From Stylophora pistillata (lineage: Eukaryota): a DNA stretch of 64,000 nucleotides. Made by a program: the position numbers and the translations under genes. The DNA is taken from NCBI RefSeq assembly GCF_002571385.2, contig NW_019218083.1, positions 112,820 through 176,819 of the forward strand, in the 5' to 3' direction. The notes below the pieces were generated by a model. The model did no database searches. It saw only the letters and a list, made by a program, of their open reading frames with translations, and was not told the DNA's origin. The first letter of the stretch is position 1; each line of letters begins with the position of its first letter. This document shows, one piece after another, positions 50,210-62,344 of the stretch.

Positions 50210-52301
50210 ATGCCATCGATATCCCCAAGAAACATTTTGGTGGCAGTGGATGGAAGTGTCTACAGCGAGAGGGCTTTTGCATGTGAGTATATAAAAAGGC
50301 ACCGAAATGTTTTTAATACTGCTGCAGACTTCAATCTGAAATCAATGGTATCGTTTTGAGCTCAGCGTGAGGTTGCAACCGTCAGATAAAACTTCTTGAA
50401 TTTAAAGCTGAATTACATTTTTACGCAATACGTATTTATTAGATGTTTTCTCGCTGTGATAAGCTTATGGCATGATATTTAATGCTGCTTTGTCACAAAT
50501 CCCGCTAAATTTGTTTCAGTTTCTAAGCAAGAACAAAGTGTTTGATACTTCCAAGGCCGCTCTCATTTTTCGGTACGTTTATTTACGCGCATACCAGCAA
50601 GATTTTTTCAGGAGTTCTCGCTATCCTTGTTAACAATCTAGCGGAGTTCTGCAACTACCTCACGCATTGACACAATTGCCGATGTACAGAAATAACTTTA
50701 CATCAAATTTTTTATCACAAACTTCTTAAGTTTTAGATATTTTCGCTACAGCTTTGAACGTTCCTGGTATCCAAACCTCTCCTATGTAGAATATATTAGA
50801 GCTTGTCTTTTTTCGGAATGAAAAGCGGATAACTTCGAATACCAAACATTAGAAGCTGATGGATTCATCAACCTCGTAAAAGCGACGTGACTGGAGGCAC
50901 GGTCAAGGCGTTATTCTAAAGAAAAATTGCTGGTTTAGGGAAAAAATTGACCGTTAAGAAATCAACTGTTTGATTTGCTTTTTATTAGCTGTAAGATGTC
51001 CTTTTCACAAGGTGCTTTATTTTTGTTGAAAGGAAAATAAAAAATGCAGTGTTTTGTTTTGTTTTGTTTTGCCACAAGGCTGGCGTGAATTAGCATTTTG
51101 GTTTCGGCCATACACCAGTCAATTATTGTTATCATTTCAAGATAGCGTGCACCTGCTCCAAGCCTCTGCAGGTGTCCGTGAAGCCCTCGGAGAGTGGTCG
51201 GGAAAACTTCGGGCTTTCGACCGTTTGTAAAAGCCTAAACGGAGTTCGCAAGAAATTCTGATACTAAAATGGATCGTGAAAAATACGAAGGTAACTGTTA
51301 GTTTGAAAACAAGGATTATTTTGTTTAAGACGTTTCCGCTACAGGTGTTTCTGCTAGATATGTTTTCTGAATTGCAGGGTACGCTAATAAATTCCGACAG
51401 GAGAGAGACCAGGTGGTGTTTGTTCATGTTTACGAGTCCCCGATCACTCCAGTACCAACATTTGCAAGTAAGAATGTGTGTAGCAATAATTTCTATTCAG
51501 TGCAGTCCCTAAGCACCAGACCCGACCGTGACGTCACGAGAAGATAGAGATTAATAGAGAGAACCTGGGAACTAGGCCAAAAAATGCAATAGGGAGAGGT
51601 AAATTTTTTTAAGTTCATTTCAAATCAAGGTCTAAACGCCACCGCCGTCTCTGTCCGAGCCTCGATTCGTAATGCTGCCCAAAACGACAGCAGCCTTCAG
51701 AAAAGTAACGCACTTGAAAAAATTGGAATGTTTAACTTTCCTAGGGTCACGCAAGGATAGTAACCCACATAATAAAGCCTGATAGGCGATAAAGAAACAA
51801 CAGTGGAAAAAGTCTTCAGTGTTTGGAAAATAGTGTGGTCAATTATACAGTTGTTATGGTACTTGTTATGGTAAGGTTCTTACCTTTATGTCATAGATTG
51901 TATGAGTATTCCACCGCGAGAAGAATGGGAACGAATGTTGCAAAAGGCAGAGCAACAGGCAGAAGAGATGCTATGCGGCTACGAGAAAAAATGCACGGAA
52001 ATGAAGGCAAGTACTCCATACCCATTCTTCATTCGTCAGCATAAATCAACAAAATAAAACCAAAAAAGAAACGGCGTGCTCGTTTTCTTCTTTGCAGCTG
52101 CCTTTCAAGACTATCTACGCCTATGGACCGATTGGTCATGTGATCTGCACCGTGGGAAAGGAAGAAAAAGCCGAATGCATAATTCTAGGAAGTAGAGGAC
52201 TGGGAACCATTAGGCGAACAATCTTAGGGAGTGTCTCCGATTACGTCACTCAACACATGACCATACCAGTTTTACTAGTACCTGCTGCGGAAAAACGCTA
52301 A
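50210..52301 (+). CDS. Universal stress protein (UspA family), gene 2, 158 aa; third intron is GC-AG
   Basis: Exons 50210-50282, 51378-51467, 51897-52006 and 52098-52301. MPSISPRNILVAVDGSVYSERAFAWY...VFVHVY...GSRGLGTIRRTILGSVSDYV. Intron positions and phases match gene 1. Confidence 0.9.
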
Positions 52302-52911
52302 CGTAATCAATTGCGTCAGCAGTTACACTCATACTCGTTACAACCCCTGTTTGCGACGAGACTTAAAATTTTCCTTTCAGGTCAAAAAGGGATTATTATA
52401 AAAACTATTATAAAGGTGTGAAAGATGATGATAACCAATGTTACAAAAATTCATTTTTTCAATTATAATGAGACTTCTGCGGGGTTGATAAAATAGGGAA
52501 TTTAAATCAAGACAAAACAAATAAATTAACAATCATATATACCTTTGGGTGTTTTATTATGAAAGGTAATATACAACCTTTTGATATATATACACGTTAC
52601 TCTCGATAATAAAAGAGTACGAAAGCTTAAAATAATGTTAGAAAACTTTCCCCACACACATATTTGGAAAAATGATGAGATAGTCAGTATCTAGAACACA
52701 CAGCATTTAAAAGATGGACGCTTTGCATCCTTGCGAAAAAAAGGAACGACAAACTGAAAAACAACTGATCGAGTTTCGAGATTTTGCCAAAGGCAAACCA
52801 AATATTCTCATCGATGTAAGGTGTATATAATCTTGCATACAAGATGACACAACACAAATCCGATAAAAACTAAAATAGTTAATAGAGTTTTTTTTGTAGG
52901 TGTTTTTTCAC

Positions 52912-53106
52912 ATTCAAGTATTCTCAATCGCGATGGAGATCATTAAACATGTACGGTTAAAATTACGCACGGTAAAGTGTATCCAATCTGCTACTGTTCG
53001 CCACAGTTTTTGCATCCAATTCAAGTATTCTCAATCGCGATGGAGATCATTAAACATGTGCGGTTAAAATTACGCACGATGAAGTGTATCCGATCTGCAA
53101 ACTGTA
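52912..53106. repeat. Tandem duplication with period about 108 bp
   Basis: ATTCAAGTATTCTCAATCGCGATGGAGATCATTAAACATG...ATCTGC occurs twice with few substitutions. Confidence 0.85.
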
Positions 53107-54960
53107 GCTAAATACCTTAACTGCCTCTAAACAATCCCCTAAAATTGCATTTCTTAATGGAAATGATCCATACAAAAATAATTTATAATACAAACGTACC
53201 GGATTAAAACGACAGTAATTTGTACATACAACCACAAAGTTTCTTTCGAATCTGCAAATCAGTGTTCGAGATAATTTCTCTTGCACAATTTACAATTCCC
53301 TTTGTTTTTTTTTTTTTCTCCTGTTGGTACACGCTTTAAGGGGACCTTAACACTTTCAACTCTGGAAAAAACTCTTCAAACCACAGTAAAATATTCCACC
53401 ACTTCCCTCGTCTGTAAACTTAACGCAACCAACTTACGACTTCGACGCAATATGAACGAAATTTGAACGCGTTCCGTGTACCACTGACACTGAAGGGAAG
53501 CTACTGTTCGTCACAGTTTGTGTAACTTGAAAAACATTTCCTCATCCGTTCGAATCCCGTTCATTCTAAGTCATCCTTGCTCATTCATGGTTTATCAATA
53601 CCACGTTGTTGTTGTTCGTCTATTTAATGGAATCAATATTTTGCGGTTTCCTTCCAACTGACGTTCGTTTTACTGTTGCAAAAGAGTCGACTCAGAGCAT
53701 CATGACGTAGGCCCTTTGAGACCTACCAGGTACATTCTTAATTCAAGACACATACAGGATCATGTCCTAAAGATCACTATTCCATAACATTAAGTCACCC
53801 TAAAACTAACTCCCCGAGACACTTCTGTTTCCCAAGCTTTACCAGTAAAGCAAAGGAAACCGCGAGATCTTCAGGTAGACTTCTAAAAATAATTCGCGTC
53901 ACTCTCTCTGTGTGATAGACAGAAGCGATAGAGTATGTGAACTTCACAGCCTTGTGTGACTGTCACAGCGTCATGTGACTGTCATGGCGTTGTGTGACCT
54001 TCACGGCGTTGTAGAACAACGCAAAAAAAACATCCTACGAAGAACTTTATATATTTCGGTGATCACTCGATACTCTTATTTTTCTTAAAAACCTGATCAT
54101 TCTGAAATATAAGTCTTACTGATAAATTAACGTTCGTGATAAGTTGGTTATCTATACAAAGACAGTAAAAAAGTTCTCTTTTTACAACACGACCATCCTG
54201 AAACCCTGCGACTATTCAAATCAAATTTCAAAACCAATCACTCGTTCTACAACCGCTCTATATCCCAGAATCCCACATTAAATTCTTTACACTTATATAA
54301 CTCGTGACCAAGGCATCCTGCTTAACTAGCTATACCATTCAACAGAACACTACCTGTAAAAATACAGTTACCTTTGCAAGATGCGGCCCTCCCCGCCCGG
54401 TTCACTGAAAGCCGATCAGCGCTAATTTCTGCTCTAATCTCTCTTTAACAATAGATACCACAGAAAAAGGCGGAGTTACCCTACGCCTTCATTTACTGAC
54501 ATCATTTGTAAGAGAAACCTTTCGATAATAAACTACTGAGAAAAATACACAGGCTGAGACAAAATCCATCACAAGGCTTTGTTCTGGAGGTAACCCCTTT
54601 AAACCTATTCTTAGATCACCCCAGTTTTCGGAGATATTTGAGGGAATTGCTAATGACAATTCTAAGATGCAAATTTTATTCACGTGGGTATCCTAAGCAA
54701 CGATTCGTTCTCCATCAAAAGAAAAGGTAAAGGTTCGTTAAAACATTGCTCGGACATAGTTTGAGTTTAAAAATAGCTTGATAGGAATTACTACCAGAAT
54801 AAAGGGAATCAGTGTTAAAGCTTGAATTAGCTTACACCTCTAATGAATTAGCCAGCCTGATCTACCTTCCGGAAGGGTTCTGTTCAACAGACTGAACTTG
54901 CAGTCTGTTGAAGCCAATGCTCAGCAATTCAGTAGGACCTGATGAGTATCTGGTAATTGG

Positions 54961-57900
54961 TTATGTTTTGGCCAAAGCCGCCAAGTTCAGCGCTCTACTG
55001 CTCACGCGTGATGACGTCATACGACTGAAAAAGAAAAAGTTAATAACACTTAAAACAATGCTTTTAATTAGTTATGAAGTAAGAATGATAAAGGGCAATT
55101 ATTTACTTATTTCATTTTTTTTAATGGAGTAGTCGGATTCGAGCAAGAGGAGTTTTGTTTTGGTTTTAGTGGCACAAACCCCTCGACATGGAGTCTAACG
55201 CAGTAAGCACTTGATCAACGCTTTAACCGTCCTTTAACCGGAATAAACCGGCTTTAACCGGAATGAAACGCTGTTTGATTGGTTATTACCTTCGTAACAT
55301 GTGAGATGACGTCCTTGTAGTTCTTCTCGGCAGAGCAGAAACTTTGGATGTTTTCAGCGGTGACATTACTGACTGCATTGTCGACGCGTTTGCAAGTCTG
55401 TGAAAATATCAGAGAAACATCACTATCTTGCTGATTACAACAAATTTTTTTAAATAGTATTTTGTTGTCATCTATAATTCGTGTCAATCTTGCCCATCCT
55501 CAAGATGACGTTTCTATCTTATTGAGCTAATATTTTGTAACAGGAGTACAAAGAGTAGGTGAACCACAATTTTTCGAGGCGATATCAAGGTGGAAGTTTG
55601 TCGCACGTTTTACTGAGCTACGTTATACTTACTTCAACGATTGCCCGGTCGTAGAGCGAGTGTGACCTACTCTACCATCCTCCAATCTGAGAGATAAAAA
55701 GGAAAGCTTTTATCAACAAAACTAATTTAATAATATGACCAGAAGGTACTATACATTACAAATACACGCCTCACATAGTGAATATTATTTTTCTGTCTGT
55801 GCAACAGTTATGCTTTGCAATGTGGTGCTAACTCTTCTGTCCCCGGATGGAGTTACACAGAGTGACCATTCAGAAGAAAACTTCTTGAATGTGAAGCACT
55901 TTTCGATTAAGTTACGTAAAAACCAAAACCAAAGTAATCACAACGGCCAATCAGAGATAGGAAATTACCTTTACGAGCCAATGAGAACTCACAGTAAAAA
56001 CAACCAAGCTGTCTAAAGCGCGGAAAAACGCGTGCGGTAAAGTCGTGATTGGTTTTCGTTTTGTATCTGATTGGTTGAAAGAGTGGCGTGACTATTCTGG
56101 ACCAATCACAGAAAAATCAAAGTAACCTCGGATTATTTTCGACACAATTGTAAATTGCTGTAATACTGTTTATTGTGCTTTTCTACTTAGCTCCAACTTT
56201 CTAGTTTTCAAATGAAACCCTTATTGACGTTATAGTATCAATGCTAATTCAAACGGTAAGGTGACGAGAGAAAACAAAATGATCGCCAACAAAAGAACTT
56301 CTTGATTGTCAAACAAATTCTCCTTGTCAGCACCTAAGACAATGTCTAGAGAACAGTATGGAGAACACAGATACTGATGTCAGAATGGAAAGGGTTGAGT
56401 CATTTTTTACAACCCAAAGCTTAAGAAAGTTATCTTACTTTAATGCCCCGGTTGTTGCCGATCGCGGATGACGTAATGAACGGCTGGTCTTCAAGCGCCT
56501 TAGTTCATCTCCTTGTGTTGGCTCCTCGTTGTCATTAGAATCTTTACTGACTGTTACCTCTTTGGAGGAGAGAATGCTGCTACGTTCACTCAGCAAAGAC
56601 GCGCTTGAAGTGGGTGTGGCTCGTAAGATGGGCGTAAGATCCTTGAGAAAAATTGAATAAAATAAGGGACTGTTCAGTGTAAAACACGCTATCGTAAAAT
56701 TTTAAGTATTTTTGTTTGAATCATTGGTTTTATCAACTGAGTCGTATAATGTAAATTGGCCACCGTAAAGAGTTTCTAGCGCCGACGTTTCGTGCATTAT
56801 CTTTTCGTCTACATAAAGGTTGCATATATTTTTGCAAAGCACAACAAAAAAATTCAAACATTTGGTTAAAGCTCCTTCAATGAGCTGCTTGAGAGTGATG
56901 TTACCTTATACAATTTGCCCGGCCTTGTACTGATGGAATCTTCAATCTTGATGGTGTCCACTCCACTAATAAGTCGGCTTACACCACATCGATCCACTGA
57001 TTTTTACGTAACAAAAAAAAAAAAAAGAAACATTAAATTACAAGGTTGTTCCATAATTGATCAGTTTGTGGTACACGCATCATTTAAGGAATTGTTTTAA
57101 AATTAATACAAACTCTATCTGCAAACCAACCTTTTTCTGTCTTCTCTTTTTCTCTTGACCTAAAAATGTCCCCTTGTATCCACAAACTAGCTTGTTTTCT
57201 GCAGAAAAGGCATATAAATACATTGTAAAACAAGTTAAACGGTTTCAAATCTTAAATACTACTTGTAATTAAAATGAAGGACCTAAATGTACACATTCGA
57301 TGGACTAAAGGTTGGGCTTTGTGACTTTCCTCCGAGCTAAAAGTGCCATTTAGTCTTTACATCTGTCATATAAGTGGAGAAAACAAATGAACCACTACAC
57401 TCACTCTTCTAAAAAGTTCTGCTGTGGTCCAATAACTGATCCAGGACGGCAAATTCTGCGAGTGAAACACCAAAAATTGGACGCTGTAAATCTATGATCA
57501 CATTGATAAAATTTTAAATGCCCGTGATTTTTCCAAGCAGTAAGAGATTTTTCTATTCATAATTCTCTCTACGTACTTCTTTTAAGTAGTAATAATATCA
57601 CATCTTACCTTAACCAGGCAATAGCTTCTGCAGCAGTGAATCTGTAGTGCTTGATCAAGTAGCACGCTATTAACGTTCCAGTTCTACCAAGACCAGCTGA
57701 ATACAGGAAAATAAAACAGTGAGTCAAGAGAAAAAAACGTGTACACCAAACTACATTCAATCAATCCTTTAGACCCCAACACCAGTATGCATATTTCCCA
57801 CAGTATTGACAAGGGCAATTTGTTTAACAATCGAGGCTGTTAAGTTGATGTTCATATCCTTATTTCTCATAACATTTGTGTTTGATTTAACAGTAAAAAT

Positions 57901-59798
57901 GTAGGGAGATTTAGTTATATACCAGTTTGTCTAAGGAGTTTCAACTGCCATTTCAGACCCAAACTTACATCTACTTGACTTACTCACTGAGCATAACATG
58001 TTAGAAACAATCATGCAAGGTACAAGTATCCACTATCAGAGATTCTTCTACATTCATATCCTTACTAAATACATGATATATGAAGCAGCCTTTGAGTTCA
58101 CAAATTCTGAAGTAATGATGATTGAGATAGGGGATGGTCAGAAAGTCAATTGTTCTTCTCTTGCTCTGGCATCAAATTAAGGCATGTTTGAAACCAAAGG
58201 TTAAAAGAGGAGGAGAAACAGCTTTTTCCTTGGTTGCAGCAGTCCTGGGAAAATATGAATCCTTACCTTTACAGTGAACTGCAACAGCTCCTTTGGCATT
58301 TTCTGCTACTGTCAAGAAACGCCTGATGAGCAAGATATTTCATGTCAATATGGGGAAAAATGGTTCATTAGTGGAAATGTATGAACACCCAAAAGTAAGG
58401 ACTTGGTAAAATTAAACTTCACATGTAACAGAACTTTGTTCAAACTGAGACTGCATCATTCTCAACATTATTCTGCTAAAGTCCTTGCCAGGCTCAGTGA
58501 GGATGAGAGAAAATCTGTTTTTTATTCTTTTTTTTTTTGAAGGAGTCCTTCCTTTGCTGTTGTAAGTGCCCACATGCATATCCTCTCGCCTGTCCACCAT
58601 TCCCACTCATCTACACAAACTGATTGCCCAGAACAGGACACTCATTAACAGAAAATTTCTCCATTTTTTGTTTACTGTAGAATGGTTAAATTGAGTGGTG
58701 GTTTAATTTCTAACAATATGCAGTATCATCTTTGACTGTAAATAATATTTTTTAAGGTTTGATTTGTGCAGTAAATGTTGTTTTGTAGTAAATAATTCTG
58801 CGTTTATTGGATTTGTGTGTCACATTTATAAATTCAAGATGGCCGCCGGCCAACTCCAACTTCGCGATGTTTAAATTTTGCGCAAAGTCCCCTTGCGCGA
58901 AAATAGCGAAAATTGAACAACGCTAATAATTAAACACTTTACAGTAACTCAACAAAAAACATGCCACTTCGATATTAATGACAAAAAAGCAACAATAACA
59001 AGAAAACAACCAACCTGACAATCATGTCACTTGGCACACTGCCGTCAACAAAGAACAGGTCAAAATGTTCAATACCATGATCTGTAAACCTCTTTGCATC
59101 ATAAAATTTCTTGTTGAGTCTCACAACTGCTGTAACATTGTGCTTTTTAAAGTAAGGGATGTAGGCTTCTGGGGCATGCAGCGGATAACCTTTAAGGTAG
59201 AAATGTTATTACAAAAATTACTGTCACAATAGAATCAATTTTGGTACTAAGAAGAAAGAGTTTGACCCCAGTCATTAACCCTAACATCTGCATCCATACT
59301 ATTCCCTATACATTTCCTTTGGTACTTTCAAGGAGAATTGGTGCAATAATCAAAGCTTCTTAGTTGGTGATCATTCCCTTTATTCTCAGGATGTTAATGA
59401 ATGATTCAGCAGTATTTCTGTTAGGAGAAATTAAATGCTGGTCACTCTTAGAGTTTAAAAGGTGAAGATAACTGTGCGACCATGAAGCATGATTCAGACT
59501 GGTTAAGAGTAAGTATGAAAATATACTAATAGTTAAACCGCCCAGTTAGCCCAATGGATAGTGCGCTGGGCTGTTGAGTGGGAGGTTGAGGGTTTGAGCC
59601 CCGGCTGGACCAACACTCAAGGTCTTAAAATAATTGAGAAGAATTTGTTACCTTTCCATAACATCAAGAAATGGTTAGTTATTCTAGTCTTATCGGATAG
59701 GGACGAATAAATGGAGGTCCTGTCTCCTGCAGGGTTAGGGGTAGGAGACATTAATTTCCCACACATGAGATTACTGTGTGATAAAAAACGCCCCCAAG

Positions 59799-59830
<32 letters not shown>

Positions 59831-59888
59831 AAGAAGAAACCGAATGTTACAATGTTCAGATATTAGATTATGGTATATTGGCTCATAC

Positions 59889-59939
<51 letters not shown>

Positions 59940-62344
59940 TAGTTTTTAATAATAACCAATTATACAGTATTTAAGAATTTTGTAATAGTTCTTACTATCA
60001 GATATAATGTGGCTCTTGTAGTTTAATCACAAGTCAGTTGTAAATGCTTACCATTCTCAATTCTACTCTTATTGTGAGGTCCACTAAATGCCAAAAATTT
60101 ATCTGAAAAATAGTGCGATACAAAATGAGTTTGGTATGTTTGATAAACAATTTACTTTGCAAATTTAAGCTCTGTACACTTTTAAGTGGTAAGACTACTG
60201 TCAAATCAAGGACATTTTTTATTAATTCATTGACACAGTATTTTGTGGCCATCTAATAACACTGAGTTATCCATTCTTCTAACCTGGTAACAGCCAGTTG
60301 AAATCCCCATTTTCAATTCGCTGTGAGAAAGAAAACTTTTTGAGAATACATCGAAATCTTATAAATGAGTTATCATAATAATAATAATTACAAAAATGAA
60401 AAGAATAATAGTAAAGAGAAAAATAAGTTTTAAAAAATTTAGAACATGCAAATTTCTGTGCAGATTTTCTTGTGTGCTCAAAAATTAAAAAAAAAATGTC
60501 AGAAATTAAGTCATGATCTCACTGGAAAACCTAAGATTGCAAAAAAAAAAAGCTATAATGATAATATTGATTTATGGCTATTGAACAAAAAATTTATTAA
60601 AAAATTTAACCACAAATTTCACACTTCTCACCTCATAATGTTCGTACTCTTCCACATCAAAAGTTTCAAAGTTAAAAAATCCATTCTGTAGTGCCTGAAT
60701 GATACATATATAAAAAAACTTTTACAATGTACAACTGAACCACACATCTGTAAGACTTGCATGTATACAAACCTTGCACACACAAAAACAAAGAATTATC
60801 ATAATAATTATCAATCTTTAAAGATCAAATCCTGGCTACAGTTACTAACATGGACAACAATATTTCATGATTTAGTTAAGTATCATCAGTCTCCTTCTCA
60901 AGTTTACCTTAAGTGTGTTATATAATTTATGCAGTAAACTAAATCATGTTCTTGATATTAAAGACCTTGACAATGAAAACAAACATGGATAATTGGCAGG
61001 TATGACCATGGATTTCAATATTTCAATTTGACATTGTATCAAAGTGCACGTAATTAAAATTGTTCTTGTACCTTGTAAAGGCCATTTAAAACATCCATTA
61101 GGGAAAGATTATATGAACATGCTCCAAATGATGCATCTCTGTAAAGAAAACGAATATCATTTCAGTCTATCTAATTTTTTTGTTACATAATTAAAAACAC
61201 TAATGAGTGGGTATATTTTGCTCTAATTCACATTCTAAATGCATTCAAGCCAAAGTCTACAACAACAACAATATTGGGTTTTGAGCTTGCATTTACATGT
61301 ACCTGTAAGAACCAGATAATACTACAGTGCATTCCCAAAAGGGCTAAATTAAATCTAAATTACTAATGAATCAAGGTAGAATTTTTTAACACTGATAAAA
61401 ATAGGGTGAAAAAATATCGTTTGACTGTACCAATACCACATACTTAGATGACACGCATATACTAATATATGGTATGAGTGCATGCATATCATCCTCACGT
61501 AATACATGGACACACCTAAATGGAAGAAATGGTGGGTTGCAACCATTAATTATCAGAGGTCTATAAGACTCTTCTGGCGTTCTCTTCAGGTGGATTATCT
61601 ATGTAAAAAAAAAAAAAAAAGCAAGATACACCAGTTTTTACATTCAATAATTCAAAGTTAAGAGGTAAAAGTAAGTAACTCCATGGACTCTCTCTCGCTG
61701 CCACTTAAGTTTTTGTGAAGGTGGGGTGCAATTGCCTTACTCTTACAGAAAAGGGATATCCGAGCTTGGTCATTCCATAAAAAAATATGTTCTCAAAAGT
61801 ATATGGGGAAAACAAAGCATCTGAGTCTCTCACAAGGAATCAAAGCCAAAACCTTCAGATTCCACACTCTGAGGCTGATGCTCTCCCACTGAGCCACAGA
61901 ACTTCATGATAAACTAAGCCACTACTAGCATCATATGCCACAAGCCTTCAGATTCTATACTCTGAGGCTGATGCTCTCCCACTGAACCACAGAGAACTTC
62001 CTGATAAACTAGGCCACTACTAGCATCATATGCCACAAGCCTCCTACAGCCAGCTAGGATCAGCAGTGTTGAAAGTTTCATGTGAGTTCTTTAATTCTAT
62101 TAACTCACTTGATGCTTTCCTAATTACTGATGTTTCATGATAAATAATGAAAATTACACTGACTAGTGTGCAATTTTGTCCGAGATTATAGCCCTGTTTC
62201 AAAATTTAATGAACCCACAGTGCAAGTTTGAGTTGAAATCACAATACTTACTGAATATGATGCAATCAAATATGCGGCATTTGCTCTCTTCCTGCTATCA
62301 AACGAGGTGTAATGAACGATCTTTTTCTTTGCTAAAGAGAAAGA
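54961..62344 (-). CDS. CDC14: Dual-specificity phosphatase CDC14 (5'-partial; 15 exons, 414 aa in window)
   Basis: Minus-strand exons 62344-62252, 61598-61516, 61138-61072, 60694-60632, 60320-60284, 60102-60052, 59189-59015, 58322-58267, 57696-57609, 57455-57405, 57198-57131, 56996-56905, 56641-56439, 55686-55633 and 55024-54961, all GT-AG and in frame. Motifs [67 protein letters not shown]. The last two exons are less certain. Confidence 0.93.
55897..56160. mobile_element. MITE rich in CCAAT boxes, in a CDC14 intron
   Basis: Imperfect TIR AGCACTTTTCGATT... / ...AATTGTAAATTGCT; several CCAATCA/TGATTGG motifs. Confidence 0.55.
56725..56811 (-). mobile_element. Degenerate Penelope pLTR relic related to the 4734-5119 element
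   Basis: TATCAAC..GTAAATTGGCCACCGT..GCCGACGTTTCGTGCATTATCTTTTCGTC aligns with 4803-4879. The hammerhead core and stem II are decayed. Confidence 0.6.
58674..58946. mobile_element. MITE with TACTGTA...TACAGTA ends (Tc1/mariner-like, TA target)
   Basis: Terminal inverted TACTGTA / TACAGTA; internal TTCGCG/CGCGAA repeats. Confidence 0.45.
59275..59465 (+). mobile_element. About 190-bp TTAACCC-ended MITE (piggyBac-like); related copies near 57765-57935 (+) and 56280-56398 (-)
   Basis: Three CDC14-intronic copies share ...CATACT...CAAGGAGAATT...AACAATCAA.. blocks; TTAACCC start. Confidence 0.6.
59538..59782 (+). mobile_element. SINE family 1, copy D (3'-truncated)
   Basis: tRNA-like head plus the shared body; stops at GATTACTGTGTGAT before the G-rich tract. 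Confidence 0.85.
61820..62085 (-). mobile_element. Decayed repeat with an internal tRNA-like segment and a ~95-bp tandem duplication
   Basis: CCTTCAGATTC...CATATGCCACAAG is duplicated (from ~61853 and ~61946). Minus strand has A-box-like TGGCTCAGTGG. Confidence 0.55.

Noticed and set aside
46090-52301. USP genes as bacterial contamination or recent horizontal transfer
   Set aside because: Each has three spliceosomal introns at matching positions and sits among animal genes.
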